A stretch of 64,000 nt of DNA from positions 33,170,001 to 33,234,000 of the forward strand of contig OZ249436.1 of the NCBI GenBank assembly GCA_965235115.1. Reading direction: 5' to 3'. Shown here piece by piece: positions 49,327-61,588 of the stretch (positions are counted from its first letter, which is position 1; the number at the start of each line of letters is the position of its first letter). The stretch is from Laetmonice hystrix. Taxonomy: Eukaryota. Position numbers and translations under genes: made by a program. The notes beneath the pieces were generated by a model that did not search any database, had not been told where the DNA came from, and saw nothing but the letters and a program-made list of their open reading frames with translations.

Positions 49327-52166
49327 GTCAAATTAAGCGTTTCCGTTCAGTATAAGCCGACTTTCCTTACCAGTCATTCAGCCGATTAGAGCTTGATTTA
49401 AGTTTCTGATGAACGTCTACCCTAAATTCCGGCGTCGTCTCTATCAAGGCGACCCAGATTCCATCTGATGATGTAGGGGGGAAACCAGCCATGTCCTATG
49501 TGTCAGGAACTGACTGAACTGTTCCCAGGTCTTTAGGTCTGGTCCGTGTCAGTCTCAGGTGACCATCGTCTGGCTGGCTACTCTGTCCAGTCTGTATACA
49601 ACGGTGACACCCTGCACTACTACCTGCCCCAGGGGGGTCGTGGTCAGTAGTGGTCAGTTAGGTAAACACTGGACACTTTAGCCGTCGGCGGCGGCGTCTG
49701 CACCGGCTCAGTTTCAGGAGGGGCGGTGCGGATGATCCGGATAATCGGACAGGGAGTGAATAAAACGTTGTTGTCACTATCTCAATCCCTTCTCCTTGAG
49801 CGCTTTTAATTATTCCCTGAAATGTACTCTCTGTAAGACAAATAAGCAGAACGAGCGCTGAAGAATCCGAATTTATGCATTACAAAACGGTCTAAGCTAC
49901 ATTCATGTTCATAACACACCATTCACACTTGCTAGTTTACCTCCGTCCCTTGTGAAAAAAAGGCGGAAAACAGACTTTTAAAGTTTCTAAACAATCCAAA
50001 TGAAAATGGCCGCATAACAGCCATATTCTTTATCTGTTATAGAGAAACCTTAGCCTCAATCCAAGGGCCACCAAATAGGGTTGACCACGCCTTAGGCATC
50101 ACTTCACACGACTATGACATAAGCAGCTCCCTTGCCGCGGCCTGTTGCACACCTGGCCGACGGTATCTGATAACCCTGCCCAATTTTGAGCACCTGGCCT
50201 GTCGGAGAGCGAGAGAGGCAAGGCGCTGACTGACAAGGTGCCTTGTATCCCTGACACTAATCTGGACACAGGTAGGTATGGCGACCGATACTCTGGTCCA
50301 ATTACAACCGAATCCATCACTCAAGGGGCGACCATTCATACCGCCCACAACATCACCCACAACACGGACGTCACAACAAAGCTGCACCTAAAAAGTATGC
50401 TGTACTCTACTCTATACGCACATAAACTAACGAAGCATCCTTATTGTGTCTACCATTTCCTATAATTGACGTATCATTTTTCTATATTTCCATGCGAACC
50501 AAACTCGGCATGTTCCCACAAGTATCGGCTGGTTTCAACGCCTCCTCATGAAGACTGTGGTCGAGCTGCGAGTTTACCGACCGACCATTACTAGGGCCCA
50601 GGGGTCAGCCAGTCCCTGAGCTGCCATGACAGATGCAGCTGGTCGTATATTGCCCGCCTTTTTGCCCTGTCATTCTCAGCATAATGTACGGTAGTACCAG
50701 CCTTATATGATATCGGCCACCAATATGTTAACACATGACGACAATGAAAGATACTGGGTGACGCCAAGACTTCACATCAAACATAGGGTAACAACGAATA
50801 TCACAAACATGCTACTATGTCAACCATCAGCATATATGGACTTTGGCGATACTGATACATGTACTATATCTTTTTTAAGGGCACCTTGAATGAAACGTGG
50901 CGACACTCAGCATCTGATAAATTGTTACATACACTTGTTAGCTTCCATATATAGAACTATTTCTCATCTGAACCATGTGTCTACAGTGATCCATGATTTT
51001 ATTTCTCCATATCTCTCCCCCCCCCAACCACAACCAATGTGTACGTCTCCAAATTACGCTACAAAGAACAAAAAGTAAATGTCATAAAACTTTTAGATTA
51101 ACAACCGGGTGTGGTCTGTCCCCAGGCAAGGACCCTCCTCCGGACTTCAGCGGGCGGACGTCGCACTCCTCATGTCATTTATTGCTGTCGATGCCATGAA
51201 GAAACAAACAATAGGTCTTCAACCTGCTGTTACCCCACCCCGAACACCTGAGTCAGGGACGGGGGTGGCAGCCCAGATCGGGTGTCTTCCCCCACCTGCA
51301 CCCCTGCTGATCTTACCCCCATTTGTGTTACCTGTTAAGAGCATTACCGGGTGATAGCCATTCAGGCCTGTCATTGTGGCCATCAACTTGAGCAGTCTCT
51401 GTCATCTCGACGCCCACTTCTCTAATATCATATTAGCAGGAAGGTAGCATTACCAAAACACACTCATGGTAGCCTAAACCAGCACAAAGCTATCCCTGGT
51501 AAGTATACAGAACAGGTCTTGAAAGGAAATCATATTGCACACTCAATCTACTAACCGTCAGTACCAAGAAAAGCTGTTCTAATTATCTGTTTCGAAAAAA
51601 AATAATTTAGGAACTTTTCTTCTTTTCTTGGTGAACTACGTAATACGACATCTACATCTACACGATAACACGTTCTTCTTACGTAGTTTTCAAGGGAACA
51701 TACTACACCATCACGACAACCTACGTAAAACATGCCTCATCCAGTCCATCACGCAATGAGCAACTATTGAAATAATTCAAATACCCACCTTTACTTTGTA
51801 TTATCTCTGCAGTTGCATGACAAAAACATAATGAACAATGTTTTAGTAACTTTTCATAAAAGGCAAAACAAACGATTTTTTGTTTCTTTTCAGTACTATT
51901 TCAAATGCATGATTAGAAATACAAGAAACGAAACAACTATTTTTTTCTTTTGACAGTATTTCAAATGCATGGAAAGAAAAACATTAAAGGGAGACAATTG
52001 CACCTTATGTTTGAAAGATTCCAACTACATGTATATTTCCGATAATAGCTACCTGTGTGTTTGCAAATTCATCTCCGACCAGATGCCAATCATGCTTGGT
52101 AGAATATCGCCGTATAGCCTGTCGTATGTACACGTACATGAAACCCGGTTTTGGTACATCCGGTTG

Positions 52167-52364
52167 CGACTAAACCTCGCATTTACCGAAATCGACTGAA
52201 ACTGACCGTGGCATATACCGACACTGACCTCCAGCTGGCAATGAAGTCCAGCTCAACCTGCCCACATACTGAAAAGCACGATTCCAATCCAACGGCCCAC
52301 CGAAATCACCCGCCCCCAATAGTAAAAGACTGTCTCAGTTTCGGTCAGTTTCGGTGTTTAGTCG
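52167..52364. mobile_element. Degenerate MITE-like element with subterminal inverted repeats
   Basis: Left gactaaac...accgaaatcgactgaaactgac versus right cagtttcggtcagtttcggtgtttagtc (reverse complement gactaaacaccgaaactgaccgaaactg). Confidence 0.4.
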
Positions 52365-54274
52365 GACGGGTGCTCGCGGACAGGAATGTCAAAAAGCTGG
52401 AGTATTTTTCAACGTCCCAGCAAGAAATGACATGTTTGCTCGTCCAATTTCGCTATTGTTAGAAGTAAATCGACATATAATGAGGTAGATCGTTGTGATA
52501 TATATTTGTGTGCAAACAGGACAGGTTATCTCCAGAATTGGATCCCTTTAAGACACATAAGAATATAATGACAATGGATTAACGGCTCCTGATTCACGTC
52601 GGGACGCCCAATTACGATCGACTGTTTGCACCATATAAATTTCGATGTTTGTATTTCGTTCCTTCCAGCATTCTTAATGCTTCAAGAATCACCATTCCCT
52701 GAACTTGAAGGTTGTTGCAAGGCCAGCCAGCCAGCCAGCCTGACAGCCTAGCTGGTATACCATCCTGAGCTCCCGCCCCGTTACCATCCACAGACCTGGT
52801 AACCTCGGCATAAGGCGACACGGTACGGAGGACATCAAACTATCTCCGTACACTCATACACTCCGCCATATCCCACCTGATGCATGCGACCTGTCTCAGA
52901 CACCACGGCACACCAGTCAAACCCCATGTCTTATCACGTCTTGAAAATCGCGATGACTCAGGTGAAGTATGTCAAGAGGAAGACTGCAGCCAGTAGAAGC
53001 ATGTTGGCCATATGATCTGACAATGCAGCCCAGCTGTGGCTCTGGTACAAATCACAAGCTACATACATCCTGCTAATCTGACATACCTCCTCTCTGGAAC
53101 CACTTATCATATGTCATCTACAGGTACTCTCTCCCTTTTCTTTCCAGTTGTCTTAAATTTTGGTTTTGGGTTTTCAAAAACTGTCATCTCTATCCAGGGA
53201 TGTGCCATCATGTCAGGCATAACCGTATATTGGTGGAGTACCCATTGACCAGAATTGTTACCGTCAGCTATAAATTGGCTGCCTTTACATAGGCAGCCCC
53301 CAGATCCATACAGAACGGACAATTATGGCTCAATTTCCATGTGTTCTCTATTAGACCCCAGACTGCCTCAGCTGATCCCTGTTCTGTATGGGAACACCAC
53401 CCAATTCTAATGCAATCTTACACCTGAATACCGTAATGTGCATCCTTCGCCAGCATCAAAGGCAGAAAATCACCCACCTAATCATGAACACTCATTATCA
53501 TAGCTGACCTCATAATCAGCACATGTCACAAATTGATTTTTCCTCACCCTCTATATTTTCCCAACAGAAAGCCATCATAAAACGGACATGGTATTTGTGT
53601 CTACAGGCTGCATTCCCATCATTGTCACCATACCAGGATGCGATTCATACCGCCTCACGACCTCATCCACTTTGTTCTATAATGATCTAAGTAAAGATCA
53701 CTCAATGAAAAAAACATTTACAGCGTGAGGGCCTTCTTTCATATGGCAGAGTGTACGTATTGAGGCGTCGACGTGTGTTTGTTTATATGCCACCGCTTGC
53801 ATTGTTACTGACCCAGCCACTTTGTTACCGGACACAAACAAAGGCCCGGTGACATTCCTCTCTGACAGTCCGGGCGGTGCGGCTGACTGAAGCCGGGCTT
53901 TGAGACTGCCTTGGGTCAGCAGTCATTGTGTAATAACGGCCGTACGACCTGTTGTTGGCACGACTCCCCCCCAACCAACCACCAGCCGCCCAGATTAACC
54001 GTACCGTGTCAGCGTCGCGAATTGTTGGCCCATGGTCCCAGCGTCTAATGTTGCTCCGACAAACGGTATAATGTGGACAAATGACCGTGTCGGGTCGTAG
54101 GGTCACGGCGACAATCGCCCAGATAGGGACCGGACTAGATTGCCAATGGAAACGTTGCGATAATCTCTCCTGAACGGCCGGTGGGTTCGCAGTATGCCCG
54201 AGTATACGGACCTGTACGCCGATCGTGATCTGTTCATGGTATATACTATCTGACAGACACCTTCTGATGCCTCA

Positions 54275-54402
54275 TGAGACAAAGTTTGTCAGTTACTTGC
54301 TAGAAGGTTGGTAGTTCTACCCGGGTACTCCAGCTTTCTCCACTAATCGAAGTGACCACCTCAATATGACCCTGTGGTTGTTGCTGAGAAGTAAACCCCA
54401 TT
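54275..54402 (+). mobile_element. SINE 3' portion, resembling Meta/V-domain SINEs of molluscs
   Basis: aaagtttgtcagttacttgctagaaggttggtagttctacccgggtactccagctttctccactaatcgaagtgaccacctcaatatgacc...gttgctgagaagtaaacccc. It closely resembles the recalled mollusc SINE body (aaagtttgtcagtgacttg...ccgggtactccggtttcctccac...ctgaccgccacgatat...taaac). The comparison is from memory. Confidence 0.65.
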
Positions 54403-57400
54403 CCTAATTCTTTCTTACATACGTCCACACACATACAGTAGAGTTCTGGAATCTGAATAGACCTAATAAAATTATTTACAAAATTGACAATGTTATTCTG
54501 CCAATGAAAACTGATGCCCCATCTCTTTGATACAAAACTACATTCCATGTGGCTGGTTTTTAAAGGGCCACTTCTTGTCGAGCCAATAAATCCTCTGGAC
54601 ATGTTTTACGACGATTTGAATTATTCGAGAAAACAATGTGGGGCGTGGTCTTCCTAATTAGCATTGATCAGCACTGACATTTCTGGTAAGTACTAGGTGT
54701 TAGGAGTGAAAGGATGAATCACTGCTTGCACTGGTGTATAAACTGATTGACTCCCCCTCCCAAATATGGTCATGCCACCCCGCTTACTGTGTGAACTGGT
54801 GTCACCTTGGTTGACACTGTCTGACACCTGGCCATAAAATGATGCCCAGTTCCCAACACCCCTGACCTGTTGCCAGGTCACCTGATGTTTTGACCCCAGG
54901 ACTGACCACACCCCTGAGGGGGATGTGCCCCAGACAAAAAGTGCTAAATTAATTAATATGCAAATCTTCTCAGTGGTTCATTATCTTTTGATCGCAGCAG
55001 AAGATTTAGACAATCAATTCCGAAGATAATTGTCCAGCAATTGTAATGGATGCATCAGATAATTGTGCGAGTCCTGTGGGAATGGAGCAATTACCATCAA
55101 TCCAGCAGCTCTCTGGTCTTCCCCTCCTGTCAGACAAATCCACTTCTCTCGTCTTCCCCCTCTCACTTCTATTCTCCCACGATCATCTTTCTTTGCCGTC
55201 CGTAAATCTGTTGCATGCATGATCACATCGCTGGCTGAGCCAGTTCTAGTCACTTGTGCCATAGTTGGTGTTCGCAATAATACGGACCTAAGTAACTGTT
55301 CACTTTATAACGGATCGGTCGTCTGGTATTATTGTAGAGGACAACACGGAATTTGTCTGGCTTTGGTGTTATAAATGTTCAACAATTACCGCCTCAATTG
55401 GACGGGTTATAAATGGTAAAGCGAGCACGATGGGCCCCGACACTGTTATTGACCAATCACGAGTATTTGATTGTGTTGAGCGTGCAGTGGGACTAGAAAC
55501 ATGTCACACATTAAATTCTATCTGGACCTTACAGCCAAGCAGGACCAATAAATCCCAGGAAATTGGATGTTCAAATGATTAATTTTGTACCTTTTTCTGC
55601 GCGCGCGCCATTATGAGCACACTTTCTTCTAGCATCCCAATGCAAATATAATCACCTTATCATTATAAATCATGTCCGGTTAAATTTGAATTACATTTTG
55701 TAGGGGTCCTTGTTGCAAAGATATGCTGGGCGGGCCCAACTTCAATGTTGACCACTGAAGAGCGGAAATGACTGGAAATTGTCCCCTTCCGCCGCCGGCC
55801 TGTCATCAGCCTATCATGTTGCGGCGCATCATGCGATAACATCATTGTTCACCGCATGCAGGACAAACCAGCCATTGTCACACTAGACACATGCATAATA
55901 TTGCATACAAGGGCTACTGCCTCGCCTGTGTTGCAAATTCAAGCTCTCCATCACAGCCGATACAAATCTGACGTAAATGGCTTACAAAAGAAGCTTGTGT
56001 CTTTCTCGTAAAGCAGCCTGTATCTTCTCCGTCCAATTAAAAAAAAACATCGCAGAGATTGCGAAGTTAATTCTTCTTCAAGTCTTTCAAACACAAGTGC
56101 AGATGCTACAAACGTTCATAACAGCCTCCTTACAGTCAGGCAATCTGCAATCAGCTGCGATTCTCTCCCCTAAAATATCCGGCAACAGTGGCCAAAAACG
56201 GTCATAAATCAACATTCTAACCGATCCGGGGTGAAATAATATGGTGGACATAGGAGCAACTCAGCATGATAGCGATCCAAAGAACATCGGTCCAGTACAT
56301 TACGTGATCGCTCGTGGCTTTTTCTACGGCACAGATTGCGTCTATTTCTTGCTGTCCACTTCAGTGTTCCCGACATGAGCTTGACGAAGCTCATCAAGCT
56401 CGATGGCGTGGCTTTACCCAGGATGTCCAACTCCGAGAAAACTCAACAGATGGTCCGTAAATTCTCTCACACGATTCACCTTGTGAATCCATATTGGGAG
56501 GATTTTCCTGCTGCGAGCAGAGATTTCTAGTTTGTTTAAATCAAGTGTTATCTTGCGCTCGCGGAGGTCGGTGTGCAAGGCTCCGTCCCAAGGGCCTCCC
56601 TCATAAGGCCAAGGTTAACACCCAAACTGGACGTAGACTTGGAGAGATGAGGCGTGTTGCTTCTGTCTGACATGATTCATTCCTGCTTAACGTTCATCCC
56701 CTGGATCGAGATCGGGATCCAGATCCAGTCTGACCTTCAGAGTGGGGGGTGGGTTGGGGGTTGAGAGGGGGATATTCAGGTCATGTCACAATGGCCGTGT
56801 AAGACAACTGATGTAAGCCACAACACCCACAGCCTGGCAGTCTCGATTCACCCTCGGCCCCGCGTCGCCCACCACCAAGTTGAATGAAATGACGACTTGG
56901 CCACCCCACATGGCCACATCCACTCAGACAGACTCAGAAAATATCATCCAGGACTCGCTCCTATATAATCGGGGTCAAATCATATTAGAGACATGTTATT
57001 AGACGTTTTGAAGATCAAAACGCGAGTGGAAGTACCACTTATTCCACATTTGGGAATAACACTATTCTACTTTTGGAAAATAGAAGTTGTCCTACAATCG
57101 CACATTACTCTTCCCTGGAAAGTCTCCTAAAGAAATCAAATGAAGCTGTCTTGAGATAAATTGATTTAAGCGAGTCATACCCGTGAATTCAATAAAAAGC
57201 TTGGAAGTGATTTGCTGTTTATTTCACCATTTTAAAAGAATAACATGAAATGTTTCAATTTTTCACTGCTATAAATGTGAGTGACTGATTCCCCGACAGG
57301 AGTTCGTCTTCTAAATCAGTCAGCATGAAGTGATACCCTGAGAAGAACAAACTCCCTTGCCACTTTCCCGGGAATGTGACCTCCACTTTCCCGAGTCGAT

Positions 57401-60400
57401 CTTCAGTTCACACCCCCTACTGATCACAATTGATGTGGCCAATTGATTCTATTAACCAACCACTTCCAGCCGACCTACCTCCCAATCCCCCAGTCAATGT
57501 AATAATTATCTAATGCTAATTAAAGCTTGTATTAAGGCACCAGACACCTTGGTGCATGCTGCAGCCAAGCCGTACGGCGTACTGATTCATACGACCGTGG
57601 CCGGCCGATCACCCCGTGAAAACTGGCGGGAAGGCGGTCTGCCTTTGCTCACTTTTAAATTGATTTATTACCAGGGCAAGGCACATGGTCAGTAATGAGT
57701 GAATGTTTGATGAATCATCAACGTGCATACACACATGCCTCAAGACAGATCATGGAAGAAGCCACTAGTTACTTGACATGTTTTATCATGTTAAAACATT
57801 CTTGTTCCTCCACATCCGTCCTTTTATACCCTAGGTACAGAATGCGGTTTTTTTGCACTTCTTAATCATGAATCATCTTTATATCAGTATGCTACACACC
57901 GTCTTATAAGAAAAAAACAAGACTCATGTTCAGAATAAAATGAGAAAATAAATATCATTATGGAAGCTTAAAATCCCAATATGTATTTCACTCACATGCT
58001 CTCAGGCTTAAATGCTTCATAGACGACATAAAAACGTTATTTTATGACATAAACACATGTGAAGACGTCCGACAGGTAGCACTTAATGACATAATTAACG
58101 TTGCCAACTGTCATTATTTGCTCTTACTGCCAACTATCCGCATGAATACTTTACGGTAAGGTCAAGCTCATTTCCCCTAAGTAGTATGTTGATTATAGGC
58201 ATTTAGTGGATTTGTGGTCGATTAAAGCTATCAAATACTTCTAATAAATGTTCACATAAAAATGGAGACCACTGAGACGACGTTAAGTTTACACATTATT
58301 GTAAACGTTACATGGAGTAACTGGTCTAAGAGCAGGACTTCCCTGACTTTGTTCAGAGGACTTCAGCACCAGTGACTATATCACCAGCGACCAGCGTCCA
58401 TGGTCGGTTGGACGTTTTACTGATAACGATCTCAGTGAGATAAAACCGACACCTGCAACTTCTGGTATCTAACATGAAATGTTAGGTCGGACAGATGGTT
58501 CTGTCTGTAAGCTGGTCGTTTGATGCTCACCTCTACAGTCCTGACAAGTGTAAGCTGGCGTGAGAGATAACCTGGCCATTGTCAGACTCTAGGTGAGCAA
58601 CCTGTAATTACTCAACACCCTCGGTACCCGCCCTAACCTTTCCCGCCTGGAAAGACAGGACGTGTAAGAACGGTTGCACCAACGGAACAATACTTTTACA
58701 GTGACTGATGGAAATCACACTCAGTCCAGGTGGAAAAAATAATCTTTGCCATCATTTCAACACAGCCTATAGTCATTAGGAAGTTTTATAATGGTAAACG
58801 CGAATAGAAGAATATTTTTTTGAAAGTACTGCTTCTATATTGTGCTGTTCTTATACATACATGATGTTTTAGTTTACTCCTAATATAGTTCCTAATAGAG
58901 TAAATATAGTTCCAACATATGGTCATACATACTCTTTTCATTTCACGCAACCATGCTCTACAATTTAAAGCTCCATAAATTTAAAGTTTACATTCCACAC
59001 GCACGTTTAAAGTTTTTAGTCAACTTTAACAATGGATCTCTAGTTTTAGCAGTTAGGAAGTCTAAAAACTCTCAGATATTTTCGTATTTCTTGCCCTCCG
59101 CCCGGCACCTGTCTACCATTTGTTTTGGCAGCAGTCCACCTTATCTATATACGCCGCCGTTACCAGCCACACAAATAAACCATTTCTTCTTCGACTGGAA
59201 TGCACATATGGAACTTAATATAAAAACATTTTGGGCTTTTTATTATAAACACTTCAGACAATAGCCCCGTGACTGACTGCCCCCCCCCCCCCCCCAACAT
59301 CATCCGTCCCGTCACCACTTTTTTCTCCGGATCCACCCATAAAAAATAATCAGAGATCACATCATCTGTAGTACAAAAGGCATCACCCCTGAACTTAGTA
59401 ACTGCGGCTTTCTTCCCTGTTGAGTAGGTAGGTTGATCGAGGTGTATTTGAGCATCTCTAATGGTGGTCTATATAAGAGGGTACACCCGATACGTCGACC
59501 GGCCCTGTGGTTTCTCAACTGTCCGCTCTGATCTCCCCCCACCGTACGTATCTCATCGTTTCTCCAACATGTCTTTGTCCATCTCCGCTTACAATCGCAA
59601 ACTTTTGTGTACGCTGTCTTTCAGCGTGCACCCCCTGCCAGGCCCAGGTGTGCATTCCGATGTGAATGGCCACCGCCACCCTCGCAGCTAACACCGGTGA
59701 CGTTTACCCCAAAACGTTATGATGATTTTCCGTGAAATATCCGCTCTGCCAGCGCCCCTGCCGCGTGGTCACCATTTCCTGCATACTGTGGCTGGTACAT
59801 GCCACCAGGAGCCCTCATCTTCACGACTCCCAGACTTGGATTCACCATAGATTTGACGGACAGATCCGCCCGGCCCGGTGATCGAGCTACAGGTGTGTTT
59901 TCAATCAGTTTCTTTATACCGCGGTGTGTACCGCTCGAGTCCGGTGGCGACTCCTACCGGTGGTGTATCCGGTCACCGTAACGAACGAGTCCGACTGCCA
60001 GACTCAGTCGGACCCGCTTGGCACGGTCATGACTACAATTTTCTTTTTACCCTATTCCAACCCCTACAACCGTCAGCGGGGCAGGTGTGCCCATTGCACA
60101 TGAGACCATTTTAACGATGAAAACGTTCTCAAGAGAAATATGGAAAATTTCCTGTCAAACTCACTGACCTCAGACAAAATTCTCTGACCTCAAATACCCA
60201 TTTTCCTTTTGTTAATCAATCTTAATTTATCATCCTTTGACTATAACTGCCCCTGAGTTAACCTCCCGCTGTCATGCACCCACTGGGAGATGATTTAAAA
60301 GTCATTGAGGATCATGTCTATACACGGTGGGTAAGCAACCCATGTGGAACCAATGACACCTGGCACAATCCCGTACCCTGAGTGATCCTCTATAAATGAT

Positions 60401-60522
60401 CCCCTTCACGACCCGACCAGGCGTGTCGGTTTAACAGGCCCGACATGGACCGACACAATCAACCCTCAGCCTACCGCCTCTGTCATCGTACACTTCAGTG
60501 GGGTCTGTCACAGGTATATCTT

Positions 60523-61588
60523 CAGGTTAATGGTATCTCACAGGTTTACACACAACCTCTATACCAACATCTCCAGGTTTATGGTATCTCAAAGGTTTAC
60601 ACACAACCTGTATACCAACATCTCCAGGTTAATGGTATCTCACAGGTTTACACACAACCTCTATACCAACATCTCCAGGTTAATGGTATCTCACAGGTTT
60701 ACACACAACCTCTATACCAACATCTCCAGGTTAGGGAGTATCTCACAGGTTTACACACAACCTGTATACCAACATCTCCAGGTTTATGGTATCTCAAAGG
60801 TTTACACACAACCTCTATACCAACATCTCCAGGTTTATGGTATCTCACAGGTTTACACACAACCTCTATACCAACATCTCCAGGTTTATGGTATCTCACA
60901 GGTTTACACACAACCTCTATACCAACATCTCCAGGTTTATGGTATCTTACAGGTTTACACACAACCTCTATACCAACATCTCCAGGTTAATGGTATCTCA
61001 CAGGTTTACACACAACCTCTATACCAACATCTCCAGGTTAATGGTATCTCAAAGGTTTACACACAACCTCTATACCAACATCTCCAGGTTTATGGTATCT
61101 CACAGGTTTACACACAACCTCTATACCAACATCTCCAGGTTGATGGTATCTCACAGGTTTACACACAACCTCTATACCAACATCCCCAGGTTAATGGTAT
61201 CTCACAGGTTTACACACAACCTCTACACCAACATCTCCAGGGTTGTGGTATCTCAAAGGTTTACACACAACCTCTATACCAACATCTCCAGGTTAATGGT
61301 ATCTCACAGGTTTACACACAACCTCTATACCAGCATCTCCAGGTTAATGGTATCTCACAGGTTTACACACAACCTCTATACCAACATCTCCAGGTTTATG
61401 GTATCTCACAGGTTTACACACAACCTCTATACCAACATCTCCAGGTTGATGGTATCTCACAGGTTTACACACAACCTCTATACCAACATCTCCAGGTTAA
61501 TGGTATCTCACAGGTTTACACACAACCTCTATACCAACATCTCCAGGTTAATGGTATCTCACAGGTTGACACACAACCTCTATACCAG
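60523..61588. repeat. 51-bp minisatellite (about 21 copies)
   Basis: Unit ggtatctcacaggtttacacacaacctctataccaacatctccaggtt(a/t/g)at. 51 = 17 codons, which gives the repetitive ORFs 60530-61624 and 60786-61661. Confidence 0.97.

Noticed and set aside
55755-55790. Hammerhead ribozyme-like CTGAAGA...GAAA (also CTGATGA at 16467, 20179, 32510)
   Set aside because: Stems II and III and the NUH cleavage triplet cannot be formed in any of them.
56017-56035. miR-184-like sequence on the minus strand (tggacggagaa)
   Set aside because: Only 11 nt match, and no precursor hairpin is evident.
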